DNA of 64,000 nt from Candidatus Eiseniibacteriota bacterium (GTDB lineage: Bacteria > Eisenbacteria > RBG-16-71-46), in assembly GCA_963717505.1 (NCBI GenBank), contig OY970342.1, forward strand, positions 2,080,001 to 2,144,000, written 5' to 3'. How positions within the stretch are numbered: position 1 is the stretch's first letter; each line of letters begins with the position of its first letter. Of this stretch, positions 20,993-29,919 are shown in pieces. The notes beneath the pieces were generated by a model. The model did not search any database, was not told the DNA's origin, and was given only the letters and a program-made list of their open reading frames with translations. The translations under genes were made by a program, and so were the position numbers.

Positions 20993-23900
20993 CTGACCAG
21001 CAACCTCTCTCAACTTTCGCCCGAGCAGCGGATCGAGCTCGAGCGTCGCTTGCTCAGGCGGCCGACGGCCGCCAAGGCGGGAATCCCGCGCCGAACCCCC
21101 GGTGTGCCGTGCCCGCTGTCCCACGCCCAGCAGCGCCTCTGGTTCCTCGACCAGTACGAGCCGGGGAGCGCCGTCTACAACATCCCGATGGCCTGGACGA
21201 TCAGAGGTCCGTTGAACCTCGAGGCGCTCCACCGAGCGTTCCAGGCGCTGGTCGAGCGCCACGAGGCCCTGCGCACCACCTTCGCGACGCTCGAGGACGT
21301 TCCGGTTCAGGTGGTGGCCCCGCGGGTGACCGTGCCGTTCGAGGTCATCGATCTGGCTCCGGGCTCGCCGGAGCAACGCGAGGCCGAGCTGGCGCGCCTG
21401 CTCGAGCAATACGGGGCCCAGCCCTTCGATCTGTCCCGCGACGTGATGATTCGCGCCCACGTGCTTCGACGGTCGGCCGACGATCACGTGCTGCTGCTCA
21501 ACCTGCACCACATCGCCTCCGACGGCTGGTCGATCGACATCGTGATCCGCGAGCTGTCGGCGTTCTACCGGGCTTTCGCCTCCGGAGGGACGCCGGCGCT
21601 GGCCGAGTTGCCGATCCAGTACGCCGACTACGCCGTCTGGCAGCGGGAGTGGCTCTCGGGCCCGGTGCTCGACAAGCAATTGGCCTACTGGCGACACCAG
21701 CTCGACGGCGCCCCACCGGATCTCGAGCTGCCGGCCGATGCGTCGCGGCACGAGGTCGCCGGCGCGCGCAGCGGCACCCGGACGCTGGCGCTCTCCACCG
21801 AGCTGTCGCGCCGCCTCGAGGAGCTGGGCCGTTCCGAAGGCGCCACGCTGTTCATGACGCTGCTCGCTGGGTTTCAAATTGCGGCCGGGCGGCTAGCGGG
21901 ACGCCGCGACGTCGTGGTCGGCACGCCGATCGCCGGACGCAACCGCGAGGCGATCGAGGGCTTGATCGGCTTCTTCGTCAACACGCTGGTCCTGCGCGTC
22001 GATCTCGCGAATGATCCGACCTTCCGCGACGTGTTGCGTCGCGTGCGGCAGTCGACGCTCGACGCCTACGCCCACCAGGACCTGCCGTTCGAGAAGCTGG
22101 TCGAGGAGCTCCATCCCGAGCGTTCGCTCCACCGGACACCGCTGTTCCAGGTGTTCTTCAACATGCTGAACACCGCGGGCGAAGAGCTGCGGTTGCCCGA
22201 TCTCGACGTCGAGTGGGTGGCGCCGCCCGCGATCGACTCCAAGTTCGACCTCACGCTCTACGCGCGTCCGCGGCCGGAGGGCGTGCTGCTCACGGCCGTG
22301 TTCAACGCCGAGCTGTTCCGCGAATCGCGCGCCGAGGAGTTCCTGGGTCAGTTCGAGCGCCTGCTGAGCGCGGTCGCGGACGATCCGGACCGGCGGGTCG
22401 ACGGCTACTCGCTGGTGACGCGCGACGCCGAGCGCGTGCTTCCGGATCCGACGCAGGCGCTGCCGGCGGTGGCCGGTCGGCCGGTGCACGAGCAGTTCAC
22501 GCTGCAGGCGGCCCGGACCCCGGCGCAGCTCGCGGTCGCCGACCCCTCGGAGTCGTGGACCTACAGCGAGCTCGAGACGCGCAGCAATCAGCTCGCGCAC
22601 CGGCTGATCGAGCTGGGCGTCGCTCCCGGCAACGTGGTCGCGATCTACGCGCACCGTAGCGCTTCGATGGTGTGGGCGATGCTGGGCGTGTGGAAAGCGG
22701 GTGCCGCATTCCTGGTGCTCGACCCGGCGCTGCCCACCGCGCGGCTGATCGACTGCGTGAAGCAGACGCAACCGACCGCCTGGCTCCAGCTGGAATCAGC
22801 CGGGACGCTGCCGGAACCGATCGCCGAGACGCTGTCGCGGATGACGGCGCTCCAGCGCCTTTCGCTGCCGACCCGCTCGCGGGCCGCGGTCACGGGGTTC
22901 CTGGCGGGACTGCCGACCGCCGCGCCCGCAGCACGAGTCGGCCCCGATTCGCTTGCCTACGTCGCGTTCACCTCGGGATCGACCGGTGCGCCCAAAGGCA
23001 TTCTCGGAACGCACGGCCCGCTCAGCCATTTCCTCGGCTGGCACATCGCGAGCTTCGGGCTCTCGGCGGCCGATCGCTTCAGCCTGCTCTCCGGTCTCGC
23101 GCACGATCCGTTGCTGCGCGACGTCTGCACGCCGCTGGTGCTCGGCGCCACCCTCATGATCCCGGAGCCTGACGATCTGGCGAGTGCTCGCCTGGCCCAG
23201 TGGATGGCGCGCGAGCGAATCACGGTCGCGCACCTGACCCCGGCCCTCGGTCAGGTCCTGGCCCGCGGCGCGAGCGCCGGCCCGGATGCCGCGAGGATGC
23301 CGGCGTTGCGTTGGCTGTTCTTCGGCGGCGACCGATTGACCCGGCGCGACGTGGATGCGGCGCGCGAGTGGGCTCCGGGTGCGCGCTGCGTCAACTTCTA
23401 CGGCACGACCGAGACTCCGCAGGCCATGGGCTGGCACGAGGTGGCGCCGGGCGCGGCAGGCGAGTCGCCGGCGTCCGAGGTCTATCCGGTCGGCCGCGGC
23501 ATCGACGGTGTCCAACTCCTGGTGCTGAACCGCGCCGGGGTTCATTGCGGCATCGGCGAGCTGGGCGAGATCCACGTGCGCACGCCCTACCTGACCCAGG
23601 GCTATCTCGGCGATCCGATGCTGACCCGCGAGCGCTACCTGCAGAATCCGTTCTCGGACCGGAACGGCGATCGGATGTATCGGACCGGTGATCTTGGCCG
23701 ATACCGAATCGACGGAACCGTCGACTTCGTCGGAAGGGCGGATGAGCAAGTGAAGATCCGAGGCCATCGGGTCGAGCCGGCCGAGATCGAAGCGATCCTG
23801 CGCGGTCACGATGCGGTCGGCGATGCCCTGGCCCTGGTCCTGGGCGGGGAATCGGGGGGCAGGTTGGTGGCGTACGTGGTGGCGCGCAACGGCGAGCGGC

Positions 23901-24391
23901 CCGATCCGCGGGATCTGCGTGTGTTCCTCAGGGAGCGACTGCCCGAGTTCATGATTCCATCAGCGTACGTGGTTCTCGACCGCATGCCGCTGACCGCCAA
24001 CGGAAAGATCGACCGCGCCGCCCTGCCGCCGCCGGAACTCCGCGCGTCGGACGCGGACTCGGCCGATGACGAGGGCGCTCCTCAGACCACGACCGAGAAG
24101 ATGATCGCCACGGTCTGGCAGGAGTTGCTCCAGATCGACCGCGTCACGGTGTTCGACAACTTTCTCGATCTCGGCGGCCATTCGCTGCTCGGTCTCGAGA
24201 TGATCGCCCGGGTGAAACGGCAGTATGGAGTCGAGATCCGTCCGCGCGAGCTGATGTTCCAATCCCTGGGACAGGTGGCCGCCTCATGCGCCGAACGGAT
24301 GATCACGCCTGCGGAGAAACCTTCCGGAGTCCTCGGCGCGTTCCTGGGCTGGATCCGGGGAGTGTTCGGCGTGTCGCGGGGCGAGCGATGA
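20993..24391 (+). CDS. NRPS extension module (C-A-T), no thioesterase
   Basis: LSHAQQRLWF, HHIASDGWS, IGFFVNTL, HQDLPFEKLV; FTSGSTGAPKG, YGTTE, YRTGD, NGKIDR; PCP FLDLGGHSL; start CTG 20993 or TTG 21050. Confidence 0.95.
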   Translation: MTSNLSQLSPEQRIELERRLLRRPTAAKAGIPRRTPGVPCPLSHAQQRLWFLDQYEPGSAVYNIPMAWTIRGPLNLEALHRAFQALVERHEALRTTFATLEDVPVQVVAPRVTVPFEVIDLAPGSPEQREAELARLLEQYGAQPFDLSRDVMIRAHVLRRSADDHVLLLNLHHIASDGWSIDIVIRELSAFYRAFASGGTPALAELPIQYADYAVWQREWLSGPVLDKQLAYWRHQLDGAPPDLELPADASRHEVAGARSGTRTLALSTELSRRLEELGRSEGATLFMTLLAGFQIAAGRLAGRRDVVVGTPIAGRNREAIEGLIGFFVNTLVLRVDLANDPTFRDVLRRVRQSTLDAYAHQDLPFEKLVEELHPERSLHRTPLFQVFFNMLNTAGEELRLPDLDVEWVAPPAIDSKFDLTLYARPRPEGVLLTAVFNAELFRESRAEEFLGQFERLLSAVADDPDRRVDGYSLVTRDAERVLPDPTQALPAVAGRPVHEQFTLQAARTPAQLAVADPSESWTYSELETRSNQLAHRLIELGVAPGNVVAIYAHRSASMVWAMLGVWKAGAAFLVLDPALPTARLIDCVKQTQPTAWLQLESAGTLPEPIAETLSRMTALQRLSLPTRSRAAVTGFLAGLPTAAPAARVGPDSLAYVAFTSGSTGAPKGILGTHGPLSHFLGWHIASFGLSAADRFSLLSGLAHDPLLRDVCTPLVLGATLMIPEPDDLASARLAQWMARERITVAHLTPALGQVLARGASAGPDAARMPALRWLFFGGDRLTRRDVDAAREWAPGARCVNFYGTTETPQAMGWHEVAPGAAGESPASEVYPVGRGIDGVQLLVLNRAGVHCGIGELGEIHVRTPYLTQGYLGDPMLTRERYLQNPFSDRNGDRMYRTGDLGRYRIDGTVDFVGRADEQVKIRGHRVEPAEIEAILRGHDAVGDALALVLGGESGGRLVAYVVARNGERPDPRDLRVFLRERLPEFMIPSAYVVLDRMPLTANGKIDRAALPPPELRASDADSADDEGAPQTTTEKMIATVWQELLQIDRVTVFDNFLDLGGHSLLGLEMIARVKRQYGVEIRPRELMFQSLGQVAASCAERMITPAEKPSGVLGAFLGWIRGVFGVSRGER

Positions 24392-25239
24392 TCGATTCGG
24401 CCAGTCCGATTCCCACGCCCCCCCGAACCTTCGGCGAAGTCGTGGAGCCGTTCCTGTTCCGGGGGCCCGAAAGACCTCTCTACGGTTGCCTTCACCGTGC
24501 GGCCGCCCGAACCGGTCGGACCACCGCCGTCGTGCTGTGTCAGCCGGTCGGGCCCGAGTACATTCGCTCCCACCGTGCCATGCGACAGCTCGCGAGTCGG
24601 TTGTCGCGCGTCGGGTGCACGGTTCTGCGCTTCGACGCCTATGGCTGCGGCGACTCGTCCGGCGAAGACGAGCAGGGCGACGTCGACCAGTGGACTCAGG
24701 ACGTGAACGCGGCGATGGACGAACTGCGTGCGCGCGCGAACCCCGACGAGCTGGTGGTCGTGGGGCTGAGATTGGGAGGGTCGTTGGCGGCGTTGGCCGG
24801 CATGCAGCGGGCGGACATCGATCGCATGGTGCTGTGGGATCCGGTGCTTCGCGGGCAGGCGCATCTCGACGAGCTGCGTGCCAGCCATTCGAGGCAGCTC
24901 GCGTACCTGCAGGGTGGGCCGTCCCCCGCCCGGTCGACGCACGACCGCGACCGCACCGAGATTCTCGGCTTCAGTTTCGGGCCGAATCTGGTGTCGAGCC
25001 TGGCGGGCGTCGACCTGCTGGCGGCGGTTCGCCCCCCGGCGCGCAGGCTGCTGGTGATCGACAGCCGCGCGACCCCGGCGCTCGCCCCGCTCGCCGGTCA
25101 TTTCGAAGGTCTGTCGGCGCAGGCCGAATTCCTGCACCTGCCCGACCACGAAATCTGGATGGCGGCACCCGACACCGGTGTCGTGCCCGGTAAGGTGCTG
25201 CACGCGATCGTCTCGTGGGTGGCGAGGGCCGAAAGATGA
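24388..25239 (+). CDS. Alpha/beta hydrolase fold protein, exosortase A-associated hydrolase 2-like
   Basis: VLCQPVGPEYIRSHR, LRFDAYGCGDSSG, VGLRLGG (no nucleophile Ser), VLWDPV; ATGA overlap with NRPS. Confidence 0.85.
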   Translation: MIDSASPIPTPPRTFGEVVEPFLFRGPERPLYGCLHRAAARTGRTTAVVLCQPVGPEYIRSHRAMRQLASRLSRVGCTVLRFDAYGCGDSSGEDEQGDVDQWTQDVNAAMDELRARANPDELVVVGLRLGGSLAALAGMQRADIDRMVLWDPVLRGQAHLDELRASHSRQLAYLQGGPSPARSTHDRDRTEILGFSFGPNLVSSLAGVDLLAAVRPPARRLLVIDSRATPALAPLAGHFEGLSAQAEFLHLPDHEIWMAAPDTGVVPGKVLHAIVSWVARAER

Positions 25240-26129
25240 CCGAACAGGTCGTGGTCTTCGGACACGCGAGCACGCTGGTCGGGATGATCCACCTTCCGCC
25301 CGCCGAGCTGCGTCGCACCGACGCGCCGGGCATCGTGCTGCTGAACGCCGGGATGGTCCACCGGGTCGGGCCGAACCGGCTCTACGTGAAGCTGGCGCGC
25401 GACCTGGCGGCGCACGGCCACGTCGTCCTGCGCTTCGACTTCTCGGGGTTCGGCGACAGTGGGGTCCGGCGCGATCATCTGCCGCTCGAGAAGTGCATGG
25501 TCGACGAGACCTCGGAAGCCATGAGTCTGCTGAGTGCGCGATACGGCTGCAGCACGTTCCTGCTCATGGGCCTGTGTTCCGGCGCGACCGCCTCACTCAG
25601 GACCGCCGCCTGCAACCCCCGGGTGATCGGGGCGGTGCTGGTCAACATGCGCGCCGGCGGCGACGAGATGCGTTCGTACATCATGGGTCGCAGCGCATTG
25701 CGCAAGTACAGTCAGGTGCTGGCGCGGGATCGCCTGCACTGGATCGAGACCATCCGCAAACGCATGGACCTGCGTCGGCTGATCAACGTGGTTCGCGCCA
25801 TGGGCCGCGACCTGGTCGGGCGAATCGGCAAGTCGTTTCCGGAGGCCCAGCAGACCGCCTCCGAGATGCACGCGGTCACCAGCCGGGGCGCTAGGCTCCT
25901 GGTGCTGTGCTCGGAGTGGGATCCGGGGCTCGACTTCATGAAGGTGGTCCTGAAGGATCTGCATTCCCGGTTTGGCGCGAGCCCGGCGCTGCAGCATGAG
26001 ACCATCACCGGGTCCGACCACACCTTCACCGAGGCCGGCAAGCGGGCCGAATTGTTCGGGCTCATCCACGGGTGGGTGGCCAAGGCGAATGGCCACTCCC
26101 GGGACCTCCGGCTGCAGGACGCGAGCTGA
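25236..26129 (+). CDS. Alpha/beta hydrolase, exosortase A-associated hydrolase 1-like
   Basis: LLNAGMVHRVGPNRLYVKLAR, LRFDFSGFGDS, GLCSGA elbow, GSDHTF; ATGA overlap. Confidence 0.85.
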   Translation: MTEQVVVFGHASTLVGMIHLPPAELRRTDAPGIVLLNAGMVHRVGPNRLYVKLARDLAAHGHVVLRFDFSGFGDSGVRRDHLPLEKCMVDETSEAMSLLSARYGCSTFLLMGLCSGATASLRTAACNPRVIGAVLVNMRAGGDEMRSYIMGRSALRKYSQVLARDRLHWIETIRKRMDLRRLINVVRAMGRDLVGRIGKSFPEAQQTASEMHAVTSRGARLLVLCSEWDPGLDFMKVVLKDLHSRFGASPALQHETITGSDHTFTEAGKRAELFGLIHGWVAKANGHSRDLRLQDAS

Positions 26130-26160
26130 ACCCGACCGGCGAGGCGGGATCTCATCCACC

Positions 26161-27420
26161 ATGCACATCCTCTACCTGACCACCGGCTTCCCGTTCCCGC
26201 TGATCAGCGGCCGGCTGCGTCAGTTTCACTTCATCCGGCAGTTGTCGCACCACCATGAGGTGACGCTGGTCGCACTGGTCGGCAAGGACTTCACGACCGA
26301 ACAGGCCAAGGCCGTCGAGCCGATCGTGGAGCGCCTGGTGACCGTGGTCGCGGCTTCCGAGGGCGGTGGACTGGTGTCGCGCCTGACCCGCCGCATCAGC
26401 GTGATGGTCACCGGCACCAGCCCGGATCACGGCGAGATGCGCCGCGTCGTCCAACGTCTGCTCAAGGAACATCCGTGCGAAGCGGTGATCTTCAGCGTGT
26501 CGGCGATGCCGGCGCTCGAAGGACTGGTGCTGCCGCCGTTGGTCGCCGACGTGTGCGATGCGGCCGAGGTCCACATCCGCAGCCAGCTGCAGCACGCCTC
26601 GGGCGCGCAAATCCCGATACTGCGCATGACCCTGCTGTTGGCGCAGCGCATCATGGCCCGCGTGACCAAGAAATCGTCGCACATGTTGTTTGCCAGCCGC
26701 CGCGACCTGGAAGCTGCGGTCGGAGAGTCGCTGGAATCGGCGACCGTGGTCGCCAACGGCGTCGACGTCGAGTACTGGAAGCGCAACACGAAGGAGCTTG
26801 GCCGGAACGCGATCGTGTTCACCGGCAGCATGAAGTACCCGCCCAACACCGATGCCGCGATGCTCCTGATCCACGAAATCCTGCCGATCGTCCGGCAAAC
26901 GGTGCCGGAAACCGAACTGTTCATCGTCGGCCACAGTCCGACGCCGGAGCTGATCGAGGCCGGGAAGCAGACGCCGGGGGTGAACGTCACCGGGTTGGTC
27001 GATGACGTTCGGCCCTACTTGGAGAAGGCGGCGGTGTTCGCAGCACCCCTGCGTTTCGGCGCCGGCATCCAGAACAAGCTGCTCGAGGCCATGGCGATGG
27101 AAGTCCCGGTCGTGACCTCGCAGCTCGCGGCCGACGGCCTGATCCCCCGCGGCGACATCGCGCCGCCGGTCGAGGTCGCCGACGAGCCCAGGCAATTCGC
27201 CGAAGCCATCCTGCGCTGCTTTGCCGCTCGCGATCGCGATCCCACCCCCGATGCCGGTGGCCGGAGCTTCGTCATGGAGCACTTCACGTGGGAGGGCAGC
27301 GGGCTCAAGCTCGAACACGTCCTGAACCGCGTGGCGGTGGATTCGCCGTTCCCGGTGCCGCCGCCGGTGGCCCCAGCACCGGGGGGCCGGCCCCCGGATC
27401 GGGAGCCCGTGGTTCGGTGA
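26161..27420 (+). CDS. Glycosyltransferase family 4 (PEP-CTERM/XrtA-associated sugar transferase-like)
   Basis: FPFP..SG.LR.FH, NGVD, FTGSMKYPPNTDA, PLRFGAGIQNKLLEAMAM. Confidence 0.92.
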   Translation: MHILYLTTGFPFPLISGRLRQFHFIRQLSHHHEVTLVALVGKDFTTEQAKAVEPIVERLVTVVAASEGGGLVSRLTRRISVMVTGTSPDHGEMRRVVQRLLKEHPCEAVIFSVSAMPALEGLVLPPLVADVCDAAEVHIRSQLQHASGAQIPILRMTLLLAQRIMARVTKKSSHMLFASRRDLEAAVGESLESATVVANGVDVEYWKRNTKELGRNAIVFTGSMKYPPNTDAAMLLIHEILPIVRQTVPETELFIVGHSPTPELIEAGKQTPGVNVTGLVDDVRPYLEKAAVFAAPLRFGAGIQNKLLEAMAMEVPVVTSQLAADGLIPRGDIAPPVEVADEPRQFAEAILRCFAARDRDPTPDAGGRSFVMEHFTWEGSGLKLEHVLNRVAVDSPFPVPPPVAPAPGGRPPDREPVVR

Positions 27421-28193
27421 TCGCCGCCGAGTCGTCCGGATCGAAGCCGCGCGGCCTCGCGGTCCTCGGCCCGGGCGATGTTCACGTCTGGCACCTCACG
27501 GTCGACGAAGACGCTCCGTTCGATTCCGCCGGGAACGCGGCGCCGCTGTCGCCGGACGAGCGCGAGCGCGAAGCGCGCCTGGTCTTCGAGAAGGATCGGC
27601 GGCTGTTCCGGTCCGCGCACCTCATGGTCCGCTCCGTGCTCTCCCAGTACGCCGACGTCTCGCCGGACGAATGGCAGTTCGACGGAGATCCGAACGGCAA
27701 GCCGCGAATCCGTGGGCCGCTCGCGACGCCGCAGCCCCTCAGGTTCAACCTGTCCCACACGCGCGGGCTCGCGGCGGTGGCAGTTACCCTCGAAGACGAG
27801 ATCGGCGTCGACGTCGAGCGGCTGGACCCACCCAAGGATCCGGATCTGGCCCGCGTGTGTTTCACCACGGCAGAGCGCGGCTGGCTCGGGGATCCGGCGG
27901 AGCCGAGTCGCTTCTTCGAGCTGTGGACGCTCAAAGAGGCGTATCTCAAGGCACGGGGCGAGGGTCTCTCGCTGCCGCTCCAGAGTTTCTCGGTCCACAC
28001 CTCGGGCCCGCACGCAGCCTCGATCTCGTTCGACGCCGAGCCGGGGTCGCCCCGGATCGACGACGACCCTCGGGCCTGGCAGTTCCATCGTTGCCGGATC
28101 ACGCCGCAGCACGTGCTCGCCGTCGCCCTCAGGCGCCCCTCATCGCGCCCGATGCAGGTGACGCTGCGGGAGTGGCGCCCCCAGAGCCGTTAG
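27417..28193 (+). CDS. Sfp-type 4'-phosphopantetheinyl transferase
   Basis: NGKP, FNLSHT, IGVDVE, FFELWTLKEAYLKARGEGL; GTGA overlap with GT4. Confidence 0.95.
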   Translation: MIAAESSGSKPRGLAVLGPGDVHVWHLTVDEDAPFDSAGNAAPLSPDEREREARLVFEKDRRLFRSAHLMVRSVLSQYADVSPDEWQFDGDPNGKPRIRGPLATPQPLRFNLSHTRGLAAVAVTLEDEIGVDVERLDPPKDPDLARVCFTTAERGWLGDPAEPSRFFELWTLKEAYLKARGEGLSLPLQSFSVHTSGPHAASISFDAEPGSPRIDDDPRAWQFHRCRITPQHVLAVALRRPSSRPMQVTLREWRPQSR

Positions 28194-28261
28194 GACCGCC
28201 CGCCGGGAGATGTATCCTGGGCAGGCCTTGGTCTGACCCACGTCCCCGGGGAGCGATTGCC

Positions 28262-28972
28262 ATGTTTCACGTCAGAGTGCTCCGAGCCGTGGCGCCAGTG
28301 GTGGCCGTGATTCTGTGCGGTGCTGCGCCGCCCAAGAAGCTCCCGAAAACCGACCGCTTGTGGACCCACCCCGAGGCCGCGAGTTTCGGCATCGAGCGGA
28401 TCGGACTGCTGCCGGCCGCCACCTACGACCACAATCCGGATGTCGCCAAACAGGTCGAAGTCGCATTCGCCCAAGTGTTCCAGAAGCACGCCTATCGCTG
28501 GATCTCGCCGGGCTCGACCCGCGAAGTCATGAGGGCGCGCGCCGGAGGCGGGGATTCGCTGGTGAATCACGTGCGTGCCTCGCTGCTCGCCTCGGGCCGG
28601 GTCGACTCGGTGCTCGCCCGCGAGCTGTGCGGATACCTGCGCTGTGATGCGGTGCTGTCGTTGCGTGTCGATCAATGGGAACGCCAGGAGCTGGAGTGGA
28701 ACCAGGCCGGGAAGCCGTCCACCACCGTGCGGATCACGGCGTCGCTGGTCGACACGCTCGGGCGCCTGACCTGGTCGGGCTCCGGCATGGAGCGCGGCGA
28801 GGGCTCGGTCAACGATCCGCACGGCGCGGTCGGCGGCGTGACCGCCTCGGGTCTCGACACCAAGCCGATCAAAGCCGAAGCCGGCGCCCCACGTTTTGAT
28901 GAAGTGCTGGTGCCGCTGTTCACGCGCTGGTTCGACTTCTTCCCGGCGCCGCCCGCGAAGACCGCACCGTGA
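28262..28972 (+). CDS. Secreted or lipoprotein hypothetical protein
   Basis: Hydrophobic N-terminus with ILCG; alpha/beta pattern like CsgG/LpoB-type lipoproteins; no diagnostic motif. Confidence 0.6.
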   Translation: MFHVRVLRAVAPVVAVILCGAAPPKKLPKTDRLWTHPEAASFGIERIGLLPAATYDHNPDVAKQVEVAFAQVFQKHAYRWISPGSTREVMRARAGGGDSLVNHVRASLLASGRVDSVLARELCGYLRCDAVLSLRVDQWERQELEWNQAGKPSTTVRITASLVDTLGRLTWSGSGMERGEGSVNDPHGAVGGVTASGLDTKPIKAEAGAPRFDEVLVPLFTRWFDFFPAPPAKTAP

Positions 28973-28994
28973 CGCCGTTCATGCAACCAGAACC

Positions 28995-29489
28995 ATGACG
29001 CTCATCCGCGACGACGAGCAGGGTATGCGCGCAGCCCTGCGGCTGGCGGAAGTGGCGGCCGAACAGAACGAAGTGCCGGTCGGCTGCGTCATCGTCCACG
29101 ACGGTATCGTGATCGGGCGCGGCCACAATCAAACCGAGTCGCTGCAGGACGCCACGGCGCACGCCGAGATCGTGGCGATTGGTGCTGCGTCGAGCACGCT
29201 GTCGAGCTGGCGGCTCATCGACTGCACCCTCTACGTGACGCTCGAGCCGTGTGCCATGTGCGCGGGCGCCATGGTCCTCGCGCGGGTCGGCCGACTGGTG
29301 TATGGCGCCCGCGATCCCAAGGCCGGGGCCTGCGGCTCGGTGCTCGATGTGATCCACGAACGCCGGCTCAACCACCATGTCCAGGTCCAGGAGGGGGTGC
29401 TGGCCGCGGAGTGCGGCGCGATCCTCAAGGAGTTCTTCCAGCGCAAGCGGCGCGAAGTCGGCTCGCGCAGCGAACCCGGTCACGCCTGA
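28995..29489 (+). CDS. tadA: tRNA adenosine(34) deaminase
   Basis: EVPVGCV, DATAHAE, WRL..CTLYVTLEPCAMCAGA, GARDPKAGA, LNH, FF..KR. Confidence 0.95.
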   Translation: MTLIRDDEQGMRAALRLAEVAAEQNEVPVGCVIVHDGIVIGRGHNQTESLQDATAHAEIVAIGAASSTLSSWRLIDCTLYVTLEPCAMCAGAMVLARVGRLVYGARDPKAGACGSVLDVIHERRLNHHVQVQEGVLAAECGAILKEFFQRKRREVGSRSEPGHA

Positions 29490-29549
29490 GCGCTACGGCC
29501 GCGGGGGCTCCGATTCAAGACCCTGCGGTTTCGGTCCGATAGTGACGTC

Positions 29550-29918
29550 ATGGGGCCAAATCGAGGGTTCACCATCGTCGAGGTGCTGGTCGCCCTCGTG
29601 CTCCTGGCGGTCGGCATCCTGGTGATCGCGCGAGCCTTCCCGGCCGGGTCCCGGCACAGCGTCGAGGACCGCATGCGCACGCAGGCGATCCAATACGCCA
29701 ACGAGAAGATGGAGCAGATCGCGGCGTCGGTGCTCGCCGGAGGCGCACTGGTTCCCGGGGTCTACGGTCCCGAATCGATCCAGGAGCGATGGACCTGCGC
29801 TTATCGGATCGAGCCGCTGGCGTCGCCGCTCGAAGACCTGAGCAGCGTCACCGTCTGGGTGCGCTGGACGACGACGCGGCCGGACTCGGTGGCACTCGTC
29901 ACCTACCTCGGACTCTAG
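29550..29918 (+). CDS. Type IV minor pilin, PilV-like
   Basis: Class III signal NRG/FTIVEVLVALVLLAVG with Glu5. Confidence 0.85.
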   Translation: MGPNRGFTIVEVLVALVLLAVGILVIARAFPAGSRHSVEDRMRTQAIQYANEKMEQIAASVLAGGALVPGVYGPESIQERWTCAYRIEPLASPLEDLSSVTVWVRWTTTRPDSVALVTYLGL

Positions 29919-29919
29919 C

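Noticed and set aside
17822-28260. Active integrative element or prophage at tRNA-Arg
   Set aside because: No integrase, transposase, phage gene or att duplication found.
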